NCBI GenBank assembly: GCA_002269645.1
Contig: NIVC01001728.1
Coordinates: 1-64,000, forward strand
Direction of reading: 5' to 3'
Source of the DNA: Macrostomum lignano
Lineage: Eukaryota
DNA length: 64,000 nucleotides
In this document: one piece after another, positions 59,443-64,000 of the stretch
Position numbering within the stretch: the stretch's first letter is position 1
Layout of the letters: every line of letters begins with the position of its first letter
The notes under the pieces: model-generated
Databases searched by the model: none
The model's input: only the letters and a program-made list of their open reading frames with translations
What the model was told of the DNA's origin: nothing
Program-made: the position numbers and the translations under genes

Positions 59443-59934
59443 GGGCCTGGCTTAGGGATACTTGCTATCTAATGGATGCTTGCTTTGATTAGCAGACATA
59501 ATTTAAGAACCGAAATGCTGGGCACTGAAAAGCCTAGATACCATTTCATTGTACATTGGTACCATGTTATATATTACTAGTGTCATTTATATCGTAACTA
59601 AAATAACTAGGCCCTGGCTAGGCCTACCTTATAATAAGTTATCTTATTGGGCAGAGGGCCTAGGCCTACTCACTATTTGTCCTTGTTTCTTTTATTTTCA
59701 TGAGTTTAAACTAACTAAACTAAAGCTATGATAGGCCTATGGATTTAGGCGTGATTTATATGCTTGTAGCTTAGCCTTAGGCCTAGTTAGCATTTTTTAT
59801 TTGCTTAATATGTAGCTTATTAGCAATGTGTATATTGTATGCATCCTAAAATTTGAAATTGCACTTTGATATTAATATTATAAAACACTATATCTTTAAG
59901 TTTGGCAATAAGCCGCAATATTCAAAAGTGGGTT

Positions 59935-60579
59935 TATAGTCTTATAACCTATTTTTTCCTTTTAGCCTCATTTGCACTGCCTTAAAATAATAAAGAAAAG
60001 AAATTGTACTCTAACTAAGCCTTTAAATTGCACCTCTAGATTGTATTGGACATAGCCATAGGCCTAGGCATAACTCATAAGGTACAATTTTGTACTTTGT
60101 CTCTAGCCAAAAATAGGCCTTAACCAAGCGCTAGGTTTTTTGCCTGATTGCAGCGCATGGGCATTTTGGCGGATGGCGTCCGGCGTGGATCTAATACGGC
60201 GCAGCGCGGCGGGTATGGCGTGCGGCAATTAGTACGGCGCGGCGCGGTACTAATTAGATGCCAAGGCATTTAGGCTTGATAAGACAGTCATAGTTACTCC
60301 TGCCATTTACCCAAAACTGTGTTAATTTTGCTTTAGGGTTTCTTTCACAGGTAAGTCATTTCACAGCGTGGCGCAGGTTGTGTAGGCGTCTGGTGTACTT
60401 AAGCCATGCGCTGCAATAGGGGTTTTTTGCCTAAGACAAAATGCAAAATCTCACTCTAGGCCCCTTTATGCCTAATTTCAAAGTGTAATTTTAGAGCTCA
60501 AAGTGCAATTTCTCTTTTTTCTTATATTAAGACAATGCAGCAAATGCGGCTTAAAAAGAAAAAATAGGTTAACACTATA
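59935..60579. mobile_element. ~645-bp MITE with long degenerate TIRs, TATAGT...ACTATA ends
   Basis: TATAGTCTTATAACCTATTTTTTCCTTTTAGCCTCATTTGC pairs with GCAAATGCGGCTTAAAAAGAAAAAATAGGTTAACACTATA. Confidence 0.65.
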
Positions 60580-61827
60580 CTAGTGCTGCCAAAGCTGCGC
60601 AAATTTGAATTTTTTGTGCAAATGCACAAATAATGTGCAAGACCCTAAAGTTCTATGCAAATTAGACTTTTTGGATTATTGACAGTCTGGTAGTAGCAAA
60701 AAGTTAAATTCTACTTCAAATGATAATATATTGATACTAGCTAGAGGTTGGATAGGATTGAAATCTTCAGGTAGGATTAGGATTGGGAATAATTTTTTTT
60801 TTTGATTGGGATTGGTGTTTGGGAATTGGGATCAGGTATTTTAATATATTGTAGTTTGTAGGTCCAAATAAAGTTAAACAAAATTGAGCAAAAAATGTCA
60901 AGATCAAAAGTCAAACATAACAAAATTGATGCACAAAGTTTTGTAGTTCAAACAAAGTAATCTCTACCTATAAAAATCAAAACTGTCTGTCTGTGGACAA
61001 ATTACTTTGCTATGGACTCCCAAACCGCTCAACCAAATAACACCAAACTTTAAACCCACCCTAAACTTACTACGAAGAATGTCTTAGGCTACCTTTAAAT
61101 TTCCTACCTAAAAGTACAAAAAACTGCTCAAAATGCGCAATTTTTTCATTTAATTCTCCATAGCGCCGCTCCACTTCTACCGATCCTCTTTAAATTTGAC
61201 ACAGATAATCTTAAACTATTTTAGCAAAATCATGTGAAATTTCGAGTCTCAAAATTATCCTGAGCGGTGCTGTGCACTTTTAAAGTTAGGCTGCTTTTTT
61301 CAGCGTAGCAACCACCCTAACCTCCGCCTGCCTGCCTGACAAAGGGTCAGGTGATAGGACTGAATGTACATAGCAAATGTACAGTGTTTTGGAATAACTT
61401 TTTAATAGCCTTCTCTGCACCCCCTGCATGGAGAGGCTGCGTTTAGCCATGACAGTTTAGTGAGAGATTCAAACCACTGTCCTTTGTATGGACAAGTCTG
61501 CAGCAGCGGCAAATCAAGGCGATACGGGCAGCGGGATGGTTTGTATTTATAAAAATAGCAAAAAATTAATAAATAACTGATTACAATGCAATCCAACTAA
61601 ATTAGTTATACCATGAAACTTTTAACATTAAGTTTCGCATAAGGTACTTTAAAATTTAAATGGCTCCTAAGAAATGCGTACATGTCCTTGGTTGTTAGAC
61701 TGCTGCAGACTGTGGTGGTGTTCGTGGAGCTAGAGATTCCTCTCAGGGCTACTAATTGGCCAGAAAAATGATGTGATTAAAGGATGAGAAATGATAACAA
61801 CTACATTTCAAAAACTGGCTTTCAAAG

Positions 61828-63270
<1,443 letters not shown>

Positions 63271-64000
63271 ACATTCTGTGCAGCACCCCAGCCAACAATA
63301 TCAATGTTTGCCTCAAATCCTAATTTTACATGAATGTACTCTATTTTATGTTTAACTCTATCCCAACTAATAAATGTTTTTGTTTGAGTTTAATCTCAAT
63401 ATATGCAAAAATAGTTCCGGGGATTGGAATTCCCCGGGTTCAAAATCTGCGGGTTTTAACAGCTTGTAATATAACGATACAAGTTAAAACAAAATATATT
63501 TAAGTAATCACTAATTTTATAAACTTTTGATCAAAAGACCTGTTCTTGATTCTTGTGTTTTTTAGGGTTGGGATCCTGGTCCCATGAGAATACAATTTTT
63601 CTTAGGATCCCAGGATTTTGAGATTGGGATCAGGATCCTGTCCTACTTCTAATTGATAACTTCACTTGTCAATTATTGCTGCTCTTTGTTTGCACTTAAA
63701 ATTAAACACTATTTTCATACTATTTTTTTCTTCAGTTTCAAGTATTTAGCATTTGATTTATTATCCAAAGTTGTGACTAAAAATTATGACAAGAGAAAAG
63801 GACACTATATTGAATTTTTTCATTTTTTATTCATTTTAATAATAGCAATTAGCCTAGGTTTCTACCTGCACAATTTTTTACCCTGCACAAAAATAATTTT
63901 GTTGTGAGTGGCAGCATTAGACTACACTTTAACTGCACCCACTTTTTAATTTTAGGGTGCAATTTCAAAATTTAGGGTAAATACATATACTATATCATTC

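Overview
Animal genomic DNA with GT-AG introns and GC3-rich exons set in AT-rich, minisatellite-dense introns. By style it resembles a free-living flatworm such as Macrostomum, but that is inference only. Genes: (1) 5'-partial KCTD8/12/16-type BTB+H1 gene (+, <2-718); (2) ~13-exon phosphorylase kinase alpha subunit (PHKA-like, -, 4465-19497) with an intact CaaX end but two apparent lesions, an exon end replaced by a minisatellite and a +1 frame break in the last exon; (3) two tandem type II glutamine synthetases (+, 27320-29582 and 34128-41470) with identical intron positions, the first canonical with two alternative first coding exons, the second diverged at normally invariant glutamate-pocket residues; (4) a 2-exon four-TM MS4A/CD20-like gene (+, 43723-46052); (5) an unidentified 3-exon gene and an orphan 202-aa ORF (-, 47171-52396). 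Non-coding content: a perfect 5'-truncated U6 snRNA copy, three tRNA-derived SINE copies, an RTE-like LINE fragment, several TIR/MITE elements (some with clear TSDs), a hAT-like family carrying GA/CT low-complexity interiors, and more than 20 distinct tandem arrays. The very long ORFs in the ORF track (e.g. 1817 aa) are translations of repeats. There is no CRISPR array and no evidence for a novel multi-gene system. The best leads are the diverged GS paralog, the GS alternative N-termini, minisatellites seeded from transposon arms that invade exons, and the U6 fragment. Coordinates were read by eye; repeat boundaries are approximate.
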